The notes under the pieces: model-generated
The model's database searches: none
The model's input: the letters and a program-made list of their open reading frames with translations, nothing else
Told to the model about the DNA's origin: nothing
Program-made: the position numbers and the translations under genes
Shown here: one piece after another, positions 1-10,037 of the stretch
Layout: every line of letters begins with the position of its first letter
How positions within the stretch are numbered: the stretch's first letter is position 1
IMG/VR virus record: IMGVR_UViG_2609459856_000007
Span: 1-64,000 of that record
Direction: 5' to 3' (one strand)
Source of the DNA: a virus
Lineage: Duplodnaviria > Heunggongvirae > Uroviricota > Caudoviricetes
DNA length: 64,000 nt

Positions 1-1222
1 GAATGGCCACCTGTAAGCTCCAGATGACCATTTTTGTTATTCTCCACAACGAGTTAGTTCTTCTTTTCGGATCCGGCACTTCTGGGGGGGAAATCCAGCG
101 ATGGCTGGATTATGTCGTCAATTAAAAATGCGGCGAGTAGATTAGCAAATATCCACGCTTTCGCGAGTTCAGGTTCCTTTGCACGCAAAGCATCCAGGTG
201 CAGCAAACTTTTGAGCCGCTTAAAAGCCAGTTCAATTTGCCATCGCAGACGGTAACAATCAGCCACTTGCTCTGCTGAATATTCATCTTCCGGTAATGAT
301 GTTAGCAATAGCACATGGCCCGCTGCTTCCAGCGTTTCCGCCTGAACTACTCGTCCTTTTCGACGATTCTCGCTGAGCAGTCGGGTTTTACTGATTAATG
401 CTTTTTCGGGAGGAAGTGATACGGCAATGAGACGTGCCGGAAAGGGAGCTCCGGCTTTTTTATTACCTGAATTGCCTATCATTACAGTGGTTTCACCGTT
501 CTTACCGCAATCCAGCCCGCGCAGAAAACCCATCATGTCAAAGCGCATTCCTTCTGCAGTTAACCAGCGCAATCCTCGCCAGTGAACCCGGACGATATAA
601 TCAGCTTCTCCAAAAGCAAGTGAGCGGATACATTCGGGACGCGAACCGAATCCCCGGTCAGCAATGCGTATCTCGTCTGCCGTTTGCGCAAATCGGTCCA
701 GCCGTTCAGCGTCTCTGCTGTCGGTTAGCTCAAAATCAGTGAACTGACAGGTATGAGGATCATATCCCATATGTAGTCGCCATTCAGCGCTGCCGCCCCC
801 GGGCGCACTGATTGCTGTTCCATCGACAAGACGCAATCTCTTTCCGCTTGTACAACCCGTAACTGCGGCGCGTACAGCAAGTGTTTGTGCGGCAAGTATG
901 CCAAACCAGTCGGCGGCATTCCGCAGCCGCTTCAGGAGAGCCACGTCAGATAATGTTGCAACGTCATGGAGCTGAGCCCATGCAGTGACTTCACGTAATG
1001 ACATCCCCCCGGGGCCGCAAGCCAGCCCCAGACGTAGCAGAGTTGCAGCATCACGAATTTCGCGGCGGCGGGTTAGAGCCCCGGCATTACGTGCCGAAGT
1101 ATCCAGTTCTTCGGGCTTACCAATATGGGCCAGAATTGCTGACCAGTTATCGTGAGAGTAATTCATCGGCACGTTAAATCATATCAGGCGTAATACCACA
1201 CCCCTTAAGTTAGCGCTTATGG
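1..1222 (-). mobile_element. IS186 (IS4 family) insertion sequence, partial copy truncated by the window edge; right terminal inverted repeat ends near 1222
   Basis: Transposase ORF matches IS186 transposase as recalled (MNYSHDNWSAILAHIG...RLRWQIELAFKRLKS); terminal sequence CATAAGCGCTAACTTAAGGGG on the minus strand at 1202-1222. Confidence 0.8.
54..1172 (-). CDS. IS186 transposase (IS4-family DDE transposase)
   Basis: 372-aa ORF with DDE-type motifs (DGTAIS, DRGFGS, YRLRWQIELAFKRLK). Confidence 0.85.
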   Translation of the reverse strand: MPMNYSHDNWSAILAHIGKPEELDTSARNAGALTRRREIRDAATLLRLGLACGPGGMSLREVTAWAQLHDVATLSDVALLKRLRNAADWFGILAAQTLAVRAAVTGCTSGKRLRLVDGTAISAPGGGSAEWRLHMGYDPHTCQFTDFELTDSRDAERLDRFAQTADEIRIADRGFGSRPECIRSLAFGEADYIVRVHWRGLRWLTAEGMRFDMMGFLRGLDCGKNGETTVMIGNSGNKKAGAPFPARLIAVSLPPEKALISKTRLLSENRRKGRVVQAETLEAAGHVLLLTSLPEDEYSAEQVADCYRLRWQIELAFKRLKSLLHLDALRAKEPELAKAWIFANLLAAFLIDDIIQPSLDFPPRSAGSEKKN

Positions 1223-1280
1223 GAGAGATCCCCGCCACTCTTCGTGTGTCAGGTATCCTCAATGCACCCTTTCCTCTCCA

Positions 1281-1308
1281 AATAAAAAAGCTCCCGAAGG
1301 AGCTTTAA
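1281..1308 (-). terminator. rho-independent terminator downstream of the minus-strand operon ending at 1326
   Basis: Hairpin GCTCC-TTCG-GGAGC followed by a T-run when read on the minus strand. Confidence 0.6.
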
Positions 1309-1325
1309 AATACAAGGGATGACTC

Positions 1326-1835
1326 TTAATCCCAATCAATCCAGTTGTAGACGATACGAAGTGACGGGCGCACAGCAGCAGTCACATCTTCGGTACTAAA
1401 GTCGATTGCATCACTGTAGATTTTGCAGTCCAACATTTCAATTGTTGTAGCAGCTTTTGTCACAGCGTTAACCCCGGAAGATTTGGATTCAGGGGTAGCA
1501 GCCATCGTGATATCAACATAGTCCTTCGCCGCAATGCGATCCTTAATGAACTGAAGAATATCGCCTTCGATAGTCTCCACGCACTGGACCTGGATTTCCC
1601 CAGAGTTTCGAATTGGACCGTGCTGGTTGAACTTCACACCATTCGGACCATAGTCCTCCACATCCTCGCGGGTCATTTCAGGAATTTGCGACGTGCGAAC
1701 CAGTACGCTGATATCTTCATGGCCTGCAAAAGTGAGCTGGAATTCAGAAGATACCAGTCGTTCGCCTTTGGCCGCGTTGGCAGTATAGCGGCCCTTAATA
1801 AATTTACGGTTTCCCTTAGTGTTATTGTGCCCCAT
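1326..1835 (-). CDS. putative phage tail tube-like protein (contractile tail), low confidence
   Basis: 169-aa ORF; size and composition resemble myovirus/pyocin tube proteins; gene order after a sheath-sized gene; no search run. Confidence 0.35.
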   Translation of the reverse strand: MGHNNTKGNRKFIKGRYTANAAKGERLVSSEFQLTFAGHEDISVLVRTSQIPEMTREDVEDYGPNGVKFNQHGPIRNSGEIQVQCVETIEGDILQFIKDRIAAKDYVDITMAATPESKSSGVNAVTKAATTIEMLDCKIYSDAIDFSTEDVTAAVRPSLRIVYNWIDWD

Positions 1836-1846
1836 ATAAAATCCTT

Positions 1847-2311
1847 TTACTGGAACGCCCGAACAATATCGGAGCTGTTATATATCGAAGAACCGGTCAA
1901 CTGGAGGTTGACGGTGTTTTTCAGGAAATGCCCATTGCTGTCCCTGGGCGCATCGAGATCGAAACTTATGTCCTGGATAGCGACATCAATGATGTTGATC
2001 CGGCGACCAATGTTTAGCGTCACACGCTCCGGGATTCGACCACCAATACTGGCATCTTTAAGTTCCGGGCTAATCATCGCTGATAATGCGGCGATAGCGC
2101 CTGAAACCTCCATGAATGGGTCAAACAAAGCGATGAAAGTTACTGGCAGCGTGAAAGTCGGCGGTGTTCCCCCCTCCCAAACCATTAAGCTGTTCCAACG
2201 GGCCACCGACGTTGTTTCAGTACCAACCTGCGCAAAACCACTGAAAGCACCAGCAACAGACCCCATGGACATACCGGTAAACGGCGCTTCCCAATTCTGG
2301 GCCATGTTCAT
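1847..2311 (-). CDS. hypothetical phage protein
   Basis: 154-aa ORF, start overlaps the upstream gene's stop (2308-2311). Confidence 0.4.
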   Translation of the reverse strand: MNMAQNWEAPFTGMSMGSVAGAFSGFAQVGTETTSVARWNSLMVWEGGTPPTFTLPVTFIALFDPFMEVSGAIAALSAMISPELKDASIGGRIPERVTLNIGRRINIIDVAIQDISFDLDAPRDSNGHFLKNTVNLQLTGSSIYNSSDIVRAFQ

Positions 2312-3837
2312 TGCCGCCCCCTGGCTGATATACCCGGATTTTCATCACGGACGTAGCACAGCACATCCATCGAGCTGAACTGAATGTTCTCTGTCGTTAA
2401 GTCCTTACAAATACCAGCAGGTACTTCGTACACTTTCACGTTACCGAACAGGGTACCGATGTAGTGAACATACGGAGTCTGGATATAGTCTTCGGCTGGC
2501 TGGAAGAAATCCTTCGGCAACTGTTTGAAGAAAGATGCTGCATCAGCACCAGCAAACATCCCCATCGCACCAGAAGATTTAACGCGCTCAATAATGTCGC
2601 GATATACAGTCTGGAATTTGCCACGAATGATGGTTGCCCATACATCAAAGGACTGGTTAACCGGCAGAGCGATGTCAAAGGTGTCGGTCGCAAGAGTACG
2701 CCAGATCATGATGCGAAGACGCAGCATATCCTGTTCATTAGACAGGTATTCCTTCAGGGTGCGGAACTGTAGGGAACCCAGGTCCAGACCAAATTCACGC
2801 TGTGCTTCATACGCCGCCTGTACCGTGTGCTCAGCCGCGATAACGAACTGACTTGGGAACAGGGTGTATTTCTTCATTTCGTGGTTGATCAGCGGGATAA
2901 GCTCAGGAGCGGCTTCAATATTGATTTCCGTCTCAATTGCGATCTCAGTGCCTTTATCCGGCGCTTTGGAGAACGACAGGGCAATCTGACCAATGTTGTA
3001 GTTCAGAGAGCAGGTAACAGTGATTTGCTCCCCAGCAGCATTAGTAAACGAGTGAAGTAGGCTGCCGGAGCCGTTATCAACAACAGACTTAATACGGTTA
3101 ACGTAGATGTTAGTGCGACCTTTGCGGATTGGGACATTCTGGCCTTCGAAGTCTTCCATTTTGAAGGTTGCGGTTTTGCTGGTGCCATCGGAGCTTGCCA
3201 CCAGCACATAGCGGCGGCGTAGCTGGCTGTACACACCAACGGATTGCATGTCCAGAACATCACCAGCAGCATAAGAACCAAAAGAAGACCCCGCCACGTT
3301 AAAGACTTCGTAGATGTCGGACTGGTCACGCGTAACCGGAATGAAGGTACACGCATCAGCGGTAGCTGCCCCCAACTGAACAGGCAGGATCATCGCCAGG
3401 AATAAAGGCAGACGCATAACACCGTCAGAAACACTCATCATCTCTGCCGCGACTGATTCCAGCATCGCTTTATTGGTGGAGTCCATGCTATTGCGGGTGG
3501 ACTCAATCAGGCAGTTTTCCAGCGTCTGGTGGCAGGAGGCCAGAATTTCCGGACGCGGCATAGATTTATGTGTTGCGGCATAGTCAGCCAGTGCACTTGC
3601 CCATGCGGTAGCAATTTGAGCGGTGGCATTATCAGAAATACCCGCAAAAATCGGGTCTTTGCGTGCAGCTTCAAGGATAGATGCGGCACGCGCGGCATCA
3701 TCTTTGATGAATTGGTTATCAGTACCGAACTGTACTGTACTTGCCCAGCCAAGAACGGCTTTAGAGCGTTTTGCGATATCTGCAATACGATTCTGGTATT
3801 CGCGTAAGTTACTCAAGTTACTCTTCCTTAAACACAA
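2308..3837 (-). CDS. putative virion structural protein (tail sheath-sized, ~56 kDa)
   Basis: 509-aa ORF co-directional with and immediately downstream of parS-parB; family assignment is by size and context only. Confidence 0.35.
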   Translation of the reverse strand: MCLRKSNLSNLREYQNRIADIAKRSKAVLGWASTVQFGTDNQFIKDDAARAASILEAARKDPIFAGISDNATAQIATAWASALADYAATHKSMPRPEILASCHQTLENCLIESTRNSMDSTNKAMLESVAAEMMSVSDGVMRLPLFLAMILPVQLGAATADACTFIPVTRDQSDIYEVFNVAGSSFGSYAAGDVLDMQSVGVYSQLRRRYVLVASSDGTSKTATFKMEDFEGQNVPIRKGRTNIYVNRIKSVVDNGSGSLLHSFTNAAGEQITVTCSLNYNIGQIALSFSKAPDKGTEIAIETEINIEAAPELIPLINHEMKKYTLFPSQFVIAAEHTVQAAYEAQREFGLDLGSLQFRTLKEYLSNEQDMLRLRIMIWRTLATDTFDIALPVNQSFDVWATIIRGKFQTVYRDIIERVKSSGAMGMFAGADAASFFKQLPKDFFQPAEDYIQTPYVHYIGTLFGNVKVYEVPAGICKDLTTENIQFSSMDVLCYVRDENPGISARGRQ

Positions 3838-4080
3838 GGCACTTGTGTGAATCCCTTTTCGGAAGAGATTTTATTGAAAGTCACTTGTTGACTTTCTCGC
3901 GAAAAGTAATTTTTTAAATTTTTTGTGCGGGGAAGTGGACGGTGAATGCAGGCGTTAAATCGTGGGAATTTCAGTCTGAAATTATCCTAAAAAACACATG
4001 CAAATCATAAGGTTAGTAATGAAATTAGTGCGGGACATTTTAGGAGGGGGAGGGGCTAACACCACCTCCCACCAGCGGGA
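3838..4080. promoter_or_regulatory. parS: putative parS centromere region of the P1-type partition system
   Basis: AT-rich noncoding stretch directly downstream of parB with ATTTCA-type heptamer-like boxes and TCGC(G/C)A hexamer-like boxes; position as in P1 parS. Confidence 0.45.
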
Positions 4081-5046
4081 TTATTCCCCAGCAGACATTT
4101 TCCCAATGATTTTTTTTATTGCTTCGTCAATTTCAGTTTGCACTTCAGACGGGAGTCTGGAGAACTCGTAGGCGACAACCCGTTTTTTCGGATCGGACTT
4201 CTTTCGAGCATATTGGCGACGGTCAGAGAAGTCTCGCAGCTTCTCAATCACCACAGATTTAACCGGCGCGGGCTTCAGGCTTTTGCTTTCCGCTTTGAAG
4301 ATAGCCAGTATCTTCGATTTATCCTCTTTCGCGCCCTCAGTCTCTGCAATTCGTTCGCGCACCGTATCAACCAGCTCTTCAATCGGCACGCTTTTAGCGT
4401 TAGCATCCTCGGCGATCTGGAGCAGTAACTGGTAATCTGGCAGGGCGAGATCGCTGGCAACAGGGAAGACAGCAATCATCTCATCCGGCACCGCGGCAGC
4501 CTGGAAAGCTCGCGTCACTTTAGCCTTTGAGATGTTCTCAGCTCGGGCGATCTCTTCTTTGGTCATATTCTTACCGTACATAACCTCGAAGCGTTTACCC
4601 AGCTCGCGCAGAGTGTGTTCGCGGGCTGTCTGGATATCAATGGCCAGCTGGCGTGCATCCGCCAGGCTGATCTCATCTTTCGTCACCAGAATCTCAAATT
4701 TCGTTTCATTGAAGATACACGCAGCGCGGCGACGTGATCCGTCCAATACCTCAATGCGCTCCCCAACCATACGACCGATAGCCGGGAAGAACTGTTGCAA
4801 TTTAATGGTGCGGGAAATATCGCTTACCGACTCAGGGGTGAGCAGAGACTGATCGCGGCCGTTAACTGCCGGGTCAACGAACGTGCGCGACTCAATCTCA
4901 CCACTCAGCACAACGGTAAGCAAAAATTTAGCCTGGCGGCCAGATTTTAGGGTAAAGGTTTTGGTGCCTTCACTGCCTTCAAGCATGCGAGCAAACTCGG
5001 AGCTATTCTTGCCCAGCACTCGTCCACGGGAAACTATTTTTTTCAT
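4081..5046 (-). CDS. parB: ParB partition protein (type Ia, P1/P7-like)
   Basis: 321-aa ORF, start overlaps the parA stop; ParB/Spo0J-like middle region; gene order repA-parA-parB. Confidence 0.8.
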   Translation of the reverse strand: MKKIVSRGRVLGKNSSEFARMLEGSEGTKTFTLKSGRQAKFLLTVVLSGEIESRTFVDPAVNGRDQSLLTPESVSDISRTIKLQQFFPAIGRMVGERIEVLDGSRRRAACIFNETKFEILVTKDEISLADARQLAIDIQTAREHTLRELGKRFEVMYGKNMTKEEIARAENISKAKVTRAFQAAAVPDEMIAVFPVASDLALPDYQLLLQIAEDANAKSVPIEELVDTVRERIAETEGAKEDKSKILAIFKAESKSLKPAPVKSVVIEKLRDFSDRRQYARKKSDPKKRVVAYEFSRLPSEVQTEIDEAIKKIIGKMSAGE

Positions 5047-6254
5047 GCCGCCTCACCCCTAACAAACTCAATTCGATCAAACACAGCCTTAGTGAAACGC
5101 TCGGCCTCGGTTCGTGCCTTCTTCAGCGCCTCTGCACTGCCTGGATACGATTGCGGGTTGGCACTGATTACGGTGTCGAAAGACTCGCCGCATCGCTCAA
5201 ATCCATCCAGACGAGGCAGAGAAGAGTCCAGAATGTTGCTGGCGTAAACCTCACGCGCAAGGCTGTGTGATGTCTCGTGATCTCGCTTGCCGGTCATCTT
5301 CGACATAAAACCAATGCTGGCGCTTAAACGCGGTTCTACGCCTTCCTCCTCCAGTTGCTCCAGCATTTCTGGCAGACGGGTGAGATATTTCAGTGTTGAG
5401 TGGAAGTCAACCTGGGCTGGTGGGGTAGGGGTAAGCAGCAAATCGCTGGCCGCCAGACCGTTGAGCAGGAACGGATCCAGGTGTGGACCGGTATCAATAA
5501 AGATAAAGTCATAATCATCCGCAACACGATCAATGATATTGCGTCGAAGGATTTCGTACTGATTTTGTCCGGGAAGATGCTCTTCAACCAGCTCTTTCCA
5601 TTGGCTGGCAACAAAGCCATCGTCGATAGAGGCTGGAATCACGTCTACGCCAGGAACGATGGTCGGACGAATCACCTCTTTGCGTAGCGTCTCCGCGTCC
5701 AGGTCGTTCAGCATCGCCTGCGCGGCGGTTTCCAGGATGGAACCAATACTGTGAGTATGGTCGAGGAACATTGTGCTGGATGCCTGAGGGTCAAGGTCAA
5801 TTACCAGAATGCGCAGATCGTGACGCAGTAAATCCTGATGCACACGCAGAGCGTGCGCCAACGTGACTGTGGAAACCGTTTTGGATACGCCACCCTTCAG
5901 GTTTACGACAAAAATAACGTAAGGCGATTTGTGAATGTCGCGATATTTGGGGATCTTACGGTGGGCATAGATATCAATGACGTTCTGGATGGTCAGCGCG
6001 TACTGTTCAACGTTACCGACCTGTTTCTTGTTGAACTGGTACCCATCATCTTCCATCTCTTTGATGGCCTGCTCCACAATGCGGCGGCTCAGCTTCGGCA
6101 ACTTTGCCACAGCGTTACGAGTGAACGTCTGATAATACTCGGTCTGATTGAACTCTTTGCGCTGATCTTCAATATCCTGACTCATGGCCTTAAGTAATGC
6201 GCTTGCACGAAGAGCTATGGTGCCGACACCGCCGTAATCGCGTTTCATCATCAT
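5043..6254 (-). CDS. parA: ParA partition ATPase (type Ia, with N-terminal regulatory extension)
   Basis: 403-aa ORF; deviant Walker A NLKGGVSKT; P1-ParA-like length and C-terminus (LPRLDGFERCGESFDTVISANP). Confidence 0.9.
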   Translation of the reverse strand: MMMKRDYGGVGTIALRASALLKAMSQDIEDQRKEFNQTEYYQTFTRNAVAKLPKLSRRIVEQAIKEMEDDGYQFNKKQVGNVEQYALTIQNVIDIYAHRKIPKYRDIHKSPYVIFVVNLKGGVSKTVSTVTLAHALRVHQDLLRHDLRILVIDLDPQASSTMFLDHTHSIGSILETAAQAMLNDLDAETLRKEVIRPTIVPGVDVIPASIDDGFVASQWKELVEEHLPGQNQYEILRRNIIDRVADDYDFIFIDTGPHLDPFLLNGLAASDLLLTPTPPAQVDFHSTLKYLTRLPEMLEQLEEEGVEPRLSASIGFMSKMTGKRDHETSHSLAREVYASNILDSSLPRLDGFERCGESFDTVISANPQSYPGSAEALKKARTEAERFTKAVFDRIEFVRGEAA

Positions 6255-6359
6255 CTCCTTATCATTTCGTATGAGTGAATTGTACGTTTGATTCTGCTAC
6301 GTGCAACTTTTTTTGATTCGTGCGTCAATTATTGCACGTAAAGAAATGGCGATGAGGCC

Positions 6360-6650
6360 ATTAGATGTGTGCTGGAGGGATGATGCAGGACCAGAATGTG
6401 CGATAGAGGGAAGTCGCATTGAATTATGTGCTGTGGAGGGATCGCTGGTATCAAATATGTGTGCTGGAGGGAAAGATAGAAGATTAGATGTGCGCTGGAG
6501 GGAAACTTGGATGGTTAGATGTGTGCTGGAGGGAATGTCTTGGCAAACTGCGTGGCGCAACCCTCCAGCGCACACCAAAAACAGGAAAATGGGCAGGCAT
6601 TCCCGGCAGCGCACATTTTTCAAATGCAGCTGCCCTCCAGCACACACTTA
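6360..6650. repeat. incA-like iteron array downstream of repA (about 8-9 copies of a 19-bp iteron, both orientations)
   Basis: Repeated GATGTGTGCTGGAGGGAAA-like units at about 6364, 6425, 6457, 6484, 6516 and inverted copies at about 6561, 6600, 6627. Confidence 0.8.
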
Positions 6651-7508
6651 TTCGGGAAGTTTCAGCTTTGGATTGCGAGAATGGACGATTACAAAACTTT
6701 CCCGGCCTTTCTTCTCAATTGAACAGTCGAGATAGCCGATTGTTTTAAGCTGTTCTATCGCTTTCTTAATGATACGGTTTTGCTCGCCAACAGCTGACTG
6801 CAAAGCCAGGCGCTCACGGATTCGCGCGAACGATAGCGGCAACGGGTTCTGCGGAAGGCTTTCGATGAAAGTGTAAATGGCTTGTGCAGCTTCTTTCTTC
6901 GGAAGGGCACGCAAGGCGTGGTGTTGCAACAGAACGCGATAATCAAGCTGGAACAGCTCCCAGAGCTTCGAATCGGCCTCCAGCTCTATCAGATCAAGGT
7001 CAGCATCAAAACGCCCGACCTTCAGCAGACCAGTCTGATAGCCGCCTTTAGCATCTTTTCCGCGCTTAAAAGCGATACCCTTGTTACGCAAGCGTCCAAG
7101 TGATTCATGAATGGTTAAACGCAGTTTCGCATCCAGACGTTTTGAGGGGAAACCACAGGCTTTAGCGAACTCCTGAAACGATAACTGGATGGTGTTTGAA
7201 GAAAAGCCGTATTTGCTGAACGCGTAGATGACACCGATCCACGTTTTGAAATCAGTATCCATATCGAGTCGAGGACCAGTGATTTTAATATCATCGTAAC
7301 CCTCGGCTTTAGCTATCTCCAGCTGGGAAAACGCTTTGGTGGCATCAATCTCTTTACTTTCTCCTTTGCTCTTTGATGGCTTCGGAACGAATACCCCCAA
7401 GCGCATCAACGCCACAGGCTGCACAGTGTTGTTTGAATTAACTGTTAGTTCTTTTGCCTTACTTTCAATGTCTGCGTAAAGAATATCGGAGATAAATGAT
7501 TGATTCAT
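6648..7508 (-). CDS. repA: RepA replication initiator (P1/RepFIB-type, iteron-binding)
   Basis: 286-aa ORF flanked by iteron arrays on both sides. Confidence 0.9.
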   Translation of the reverse strand: MNQSFISDILYADIESKAKELTVNSNNTVQPVALMRLGVFVPKPSKSKGESKEIDATKAFSQLEIAKAEGYDDIKITGPRLDMDTDFKTWIGVIYAFSKYGFSSNTIQLSFQEFAKACGFPSKRLDAKLRLTIHESLGRLRNKGIAFKRGKDAKGGYQTGLLKVGRFDADLDLIELEADSKLWELFQLDYRVLLQHHALRALPKKEAAQAIYTFIESLPQNPLPLSFARIRERLALQSAVGEQNRIIKKAIEQLKTIGYLDCSIEKKGRESFVIVHSRNPKLKLPE

Positions 7509-7554
7509 ATTACTTTTTCCGAATTATGTGGATAGTTTTTATAAGTGATGATAA

Positions 7555-7670
7555 CTACCCAGGCTTTCCCGTCAGCACACATCCTATATCCCGCCAGCAC
7601 ACATTAGCAACCCGTCAGCACACATTTTTATCCCGCCAGCACACATCGTTTTCCCTCCAGCACACATCGC
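7555..7670. repeat. incC-like iteron array (5 direct copies) overlapping the repA promoter/origin
   Basis: Five evenly spaced copies of CCAGCACACAT-containing 19-bp units, the reverse complement of the incA iteron. Confidence 0.8.
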
Positions 7671-7679
7671 GATACACTT

Positions 7680-7790
7680 CTAGGCCAGACGTGGCGCGGC
7701 CTGCAACGATCAGGGATCTATATGGATCTAATTGGGATCTGTATGGACCTAATTATTGGATCTATCCAGTGGATAATGTGGATAAGTGAA
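7680..7790. promoter_or_regulatory. oriR-like origin core: GATC cluster plus tandem DnaA boxes
   Basis: GATC sites between about 7715 and 7755; DnaA boxes AGTGGATAA (7768-7776) and TGTGGATAA (7777-7785). Confidence 0.7.
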
Positions 7791-7818
7791 AAACCGGCCA
7801 ACATAGCCGGTTGGAAGG

Positions 7819-8169
7819 AAGGGTATTATTCTACGCTTTCGATAAGAAGACCATGTTCATAACATTTAAGCTCATCGCCTTCGTACAGGAATTGGTATCC
7901 AATACCACCATTTTCATGGACATTAGGGAATAACTCATAACTCACTGAAGAGCAAATCACACCAATGCAGCGATCAACGCCTTCTCGTTCTTCAGTGCTG
8001 AAAAAATCCTCTTCGGTAAGGACATGAGTACATTGCTCATCAGCATAGGTCGGAAATACATGCTCGATGCAATCCGGGTGTTTTAAACCAAGCTGATCGG
8101 CAAGCTCGAAAGCACGACGGTATTGTTCAGATCCTGGCTTGCCAACAGTGATTTGCTCAATTTTGTAGA
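7819..8169 (-). pseudogene. open reading frame without a start codon, continuing in another frame from 8170-8658; probable frameshifted gene
   Basis: 116 codons open on the minus strand with no ATG/GTG/TTG; the upstream ORF ends in a Gly/Ser-rich linker over a G/C tract. Confidence 0.3.
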
Positions 8170-8658
8170 TTAAAGTCGCTTTGTTGTTAGTGCTGGTGGG
8201 GGAGTGGCAGTGCCGCCGCCTGAACCAGAGCCTGACGAGCTTCCTGAGCCAGTGTTAAGGGTCTGGTTAATCTCCCCCATAGCAGCGACTAAACTTGATG
8301 TATTAAGCGCGTTTACAGCGTCCTCAAGCGATTTAGTAATAGTCACATCACCAATGGCAATAGAGATCGGCAGTTCTGAAACTTCTCGCTCATTAGCACG
8401 ACAGTAAACATCCCAACCAATATCGAGTTGAAGGAGCATTGACAGATCAGCATAACCAGCCAACAGGTCCGCGTGCTGAGTTGCCAGCCCTCCAATATTC
8501 GTTAAACCGGTTGCGGTTGTTCTGATCGTTGAAACATAGCTGGTAATAGTGTCGGGATAGACAATTGTATCCAGAATTAATCCGGTCAATTCTTCTGCAA
8601 GCAGTTTTGCTGTGTTAGCACTGTTTCGTGCCGATGTTATGGCACCAGGTGTTTTCAT
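8170..8658 (-). CDS. hypothetical protein with C-terminal Gly/Ser-rich linker
   Basis: ORF 8170-8715 in the track; internal ATG at 8658 gives an ATGA overlap with the stop of the upstream gene. Confidence 0.45.
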   Translation of the reverse strand: MKTPGAITSARNSANTAKLLAEELTGLILDTIVYPDTITSYVSTIRTTATGLTNIGGLATQHADLLAGYADLSMLLQLDIGWDVYCRANEREVSELPISIAIGDVTITKSLEDAVNALNTSSLVAAMGEINQTLNTGSGSSSGSGSGGGTATPPPALTTKRL

Positions 8659-9008
8659 CCCACCGGCGGCGGCCAATTTTTTATATGCGGATAACTGGTA
8701 GTCTTTTTCCAGCATGATATCTCCTTACTTACCTGAACCAGGCCGTCTCCGGCTGCAACGGTAGAGCCGCATAAAACAGGATCACCAACGCATACGATCC
8801 CTTTCCCGTTGACGGTAAACCATGCCCTGGTTGATATAGCTTGCCCGCCGTGCGTGCTGTTCCCATCGGTATGCTGTGCATATTGCTTACCATCAACTAA
8901 CACTTCGACTCCGTTGACTTTAAGTAGTGGTTCGCTCTCTACGGGAGGCCTGGATGGGAATCCTCCGTGCCCCGAACAAATGCTGTCTTTTGTTGCAATA
9001 CTTGCCAC
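8655..9008 (-). CDS. PAAR-like repeat protein (putative spike-tip protein)
   Basis: 117-aa ORF with Gly/Cys-rich PAAR-like segments (ICSGHGG, VCVGDPVLCGSTVAAGDG); assignment by motif only. Confidence 0.35.
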   Translation of the reverse strand: MASIATKDSICSGHGGFPSRPPVESEPLLKVNGVEVLVDGKQYAQHTDGNSTHGGQAISTRAWFTVNGKGIVCVGDPVLCGSTVAAGDGLVQVSKEISCWKKTTSYPHIKNWPPPVG

Positions 9009-9105
9009 GTCATCACCAATGATTTGCTCTGATTTTCGTTATTTTAACTTAGGTTATTTGTGGTCTGCATGGCGTTTACTTATTGCAAAATTGCTATAAT
9101 AAATA

Positions 9106-9462
9106 TTGTTTTTTATGTCGTGTTTTCGGTACCATTCAGCCATCGCCCTTCAATGGGCATTTGTTTGGAGTCGTCAGATGCAGATGGAGCTAATAAGCCG
9201 CAAGGAGTTCGATAGCCGTGTAACCAGCGGTGAACTCGACAACTTGCAGGCTATCAAGGTGAAAGAAGGCTTTTGCCTCATTGGGAATCAGAGCGGAACA
9301 AATCACGTTTTTATGCTTCGCCGTACGGATTTGAAGCCATTTGTCTGGAAGAACGAAATTGGTCCCAGCTCATACGCTCAAACGAGGGGGTGCTACAACC
9401 TGGCCTTTTTCTACAAAGACGAGCTTTCTGTGGTTGATATTCAAGGGTTACAACATGTTTAA
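9106..9462 (+). CDS. hypothetical protein
   Basis: 118-aa ORF, no recognisable motif. Confidence 0.3.
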   Translation: MFFMSCFRYHSAIALQWAFVWSRQMQMELISRKEFDSRVTSGELDNLQAIKVKEGFCLIGNQSGTNHVFMLRRTDLKPFVWKNEIGPSSYAQTRGCYNLAFFYKDELSVVDIQGLQHV

Positions 9463-9652
9463 GCACTGGAAAAACATTTCTATTTATAAAGTTTCTTGTG
9501 AGGCGGATCTGACCGACTTAGAAGATAAAAATAAAATGATCCTATTCACGCCATGCGGTAGCCAGGATATGGCCAAGTTCGGTTTTGTATCGCCATTTGG
9601 TGATAATTCCGAAGTGATCGCTATGCATGGAAATGGCTTTACCCGATGTTAA
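9455..9652 (+). pseudogene. RdgC-like recombination-associated protein, N-terminal ~65-aa fragment
   Basis: MFKHWKNISIYKV...FTPCGSQDMAKFGFVSPFG matches the RdgC N-terminus as recalled, then terminates. Confidence 0.55.
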
Positions 9653-10037
9653 AGAACGTGAAGTCAGAGACGGCGTTCTGTGCTTCCGTCGTGTGGCTGA
9701 ACGTGGCATGGAGCCAAAAAATACGAATTCTCCCGAGTGGTGGGCGTGGCGCTGGTCCGGACATTTCGGCCTTTGCGAAGATGAGAATGAAATTGCCAGC
9801 GGCAATAGTGCATATGGTGCTCTGAACCTGGCTTTCCATATCGGATTCAAACATGTAGCCCTGGTGGGCGTTGACGCTACGCAAGAACCACGAGTTCACT
9901 CCGGCGGCACGCCAAAAAATCTAAGTCACCTACCTTTGTTATTCCAGTCTGCGCGTGAACAGATTGACGTTGTTTCATGCGGGAAAATGGGAGGTATTCC
10001 GCAGATGACTCTTAAAGAATGGCTGAAGAATACATGA
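9627..10037 (+). CDS. hypothetical protein
   Basis: 136-aa ORF; could be a remnant. Confidence 0.3.
   Translation: MEMALPDVKEREVRDGVLCFRRVAERGMEPKNTNSPEWWAWRWSGHFGLCEDENEIASGNSAYGALNLAFHIGFKHVALVGVDATQEPRVHSGGTPKNLSHLPLLFQSAREQIDVVSCGKMGGIPQMTLKEWLKNT

Noticed and set aside
1620-2378. 252-aa plus-strand ORF overlapping the minus-strand genes 1326-1835 and 1847-2311
   Set aside because: Antisense to a tightly packed co-directional operon that has a terminator at its 3' end; no start context.
6297-6748. ORFs 6297-6647, 6301-6735, 6488-6748 and 6519-6722 within the incA region, and 7496-7789 within incC/oriR
   Set aside because: They span the iteron arrays and origin; their reading frames are generated by the 19-bp repeats, not coding sequence.
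6360-7670. Possible CRISPR array suggested by evenly spaced direct repeats
   Set aside because: Repeats are 19-bp iterons in both orientations flanking repA with irregular spacing; no cas genes or leader; this is plasmid replication control.
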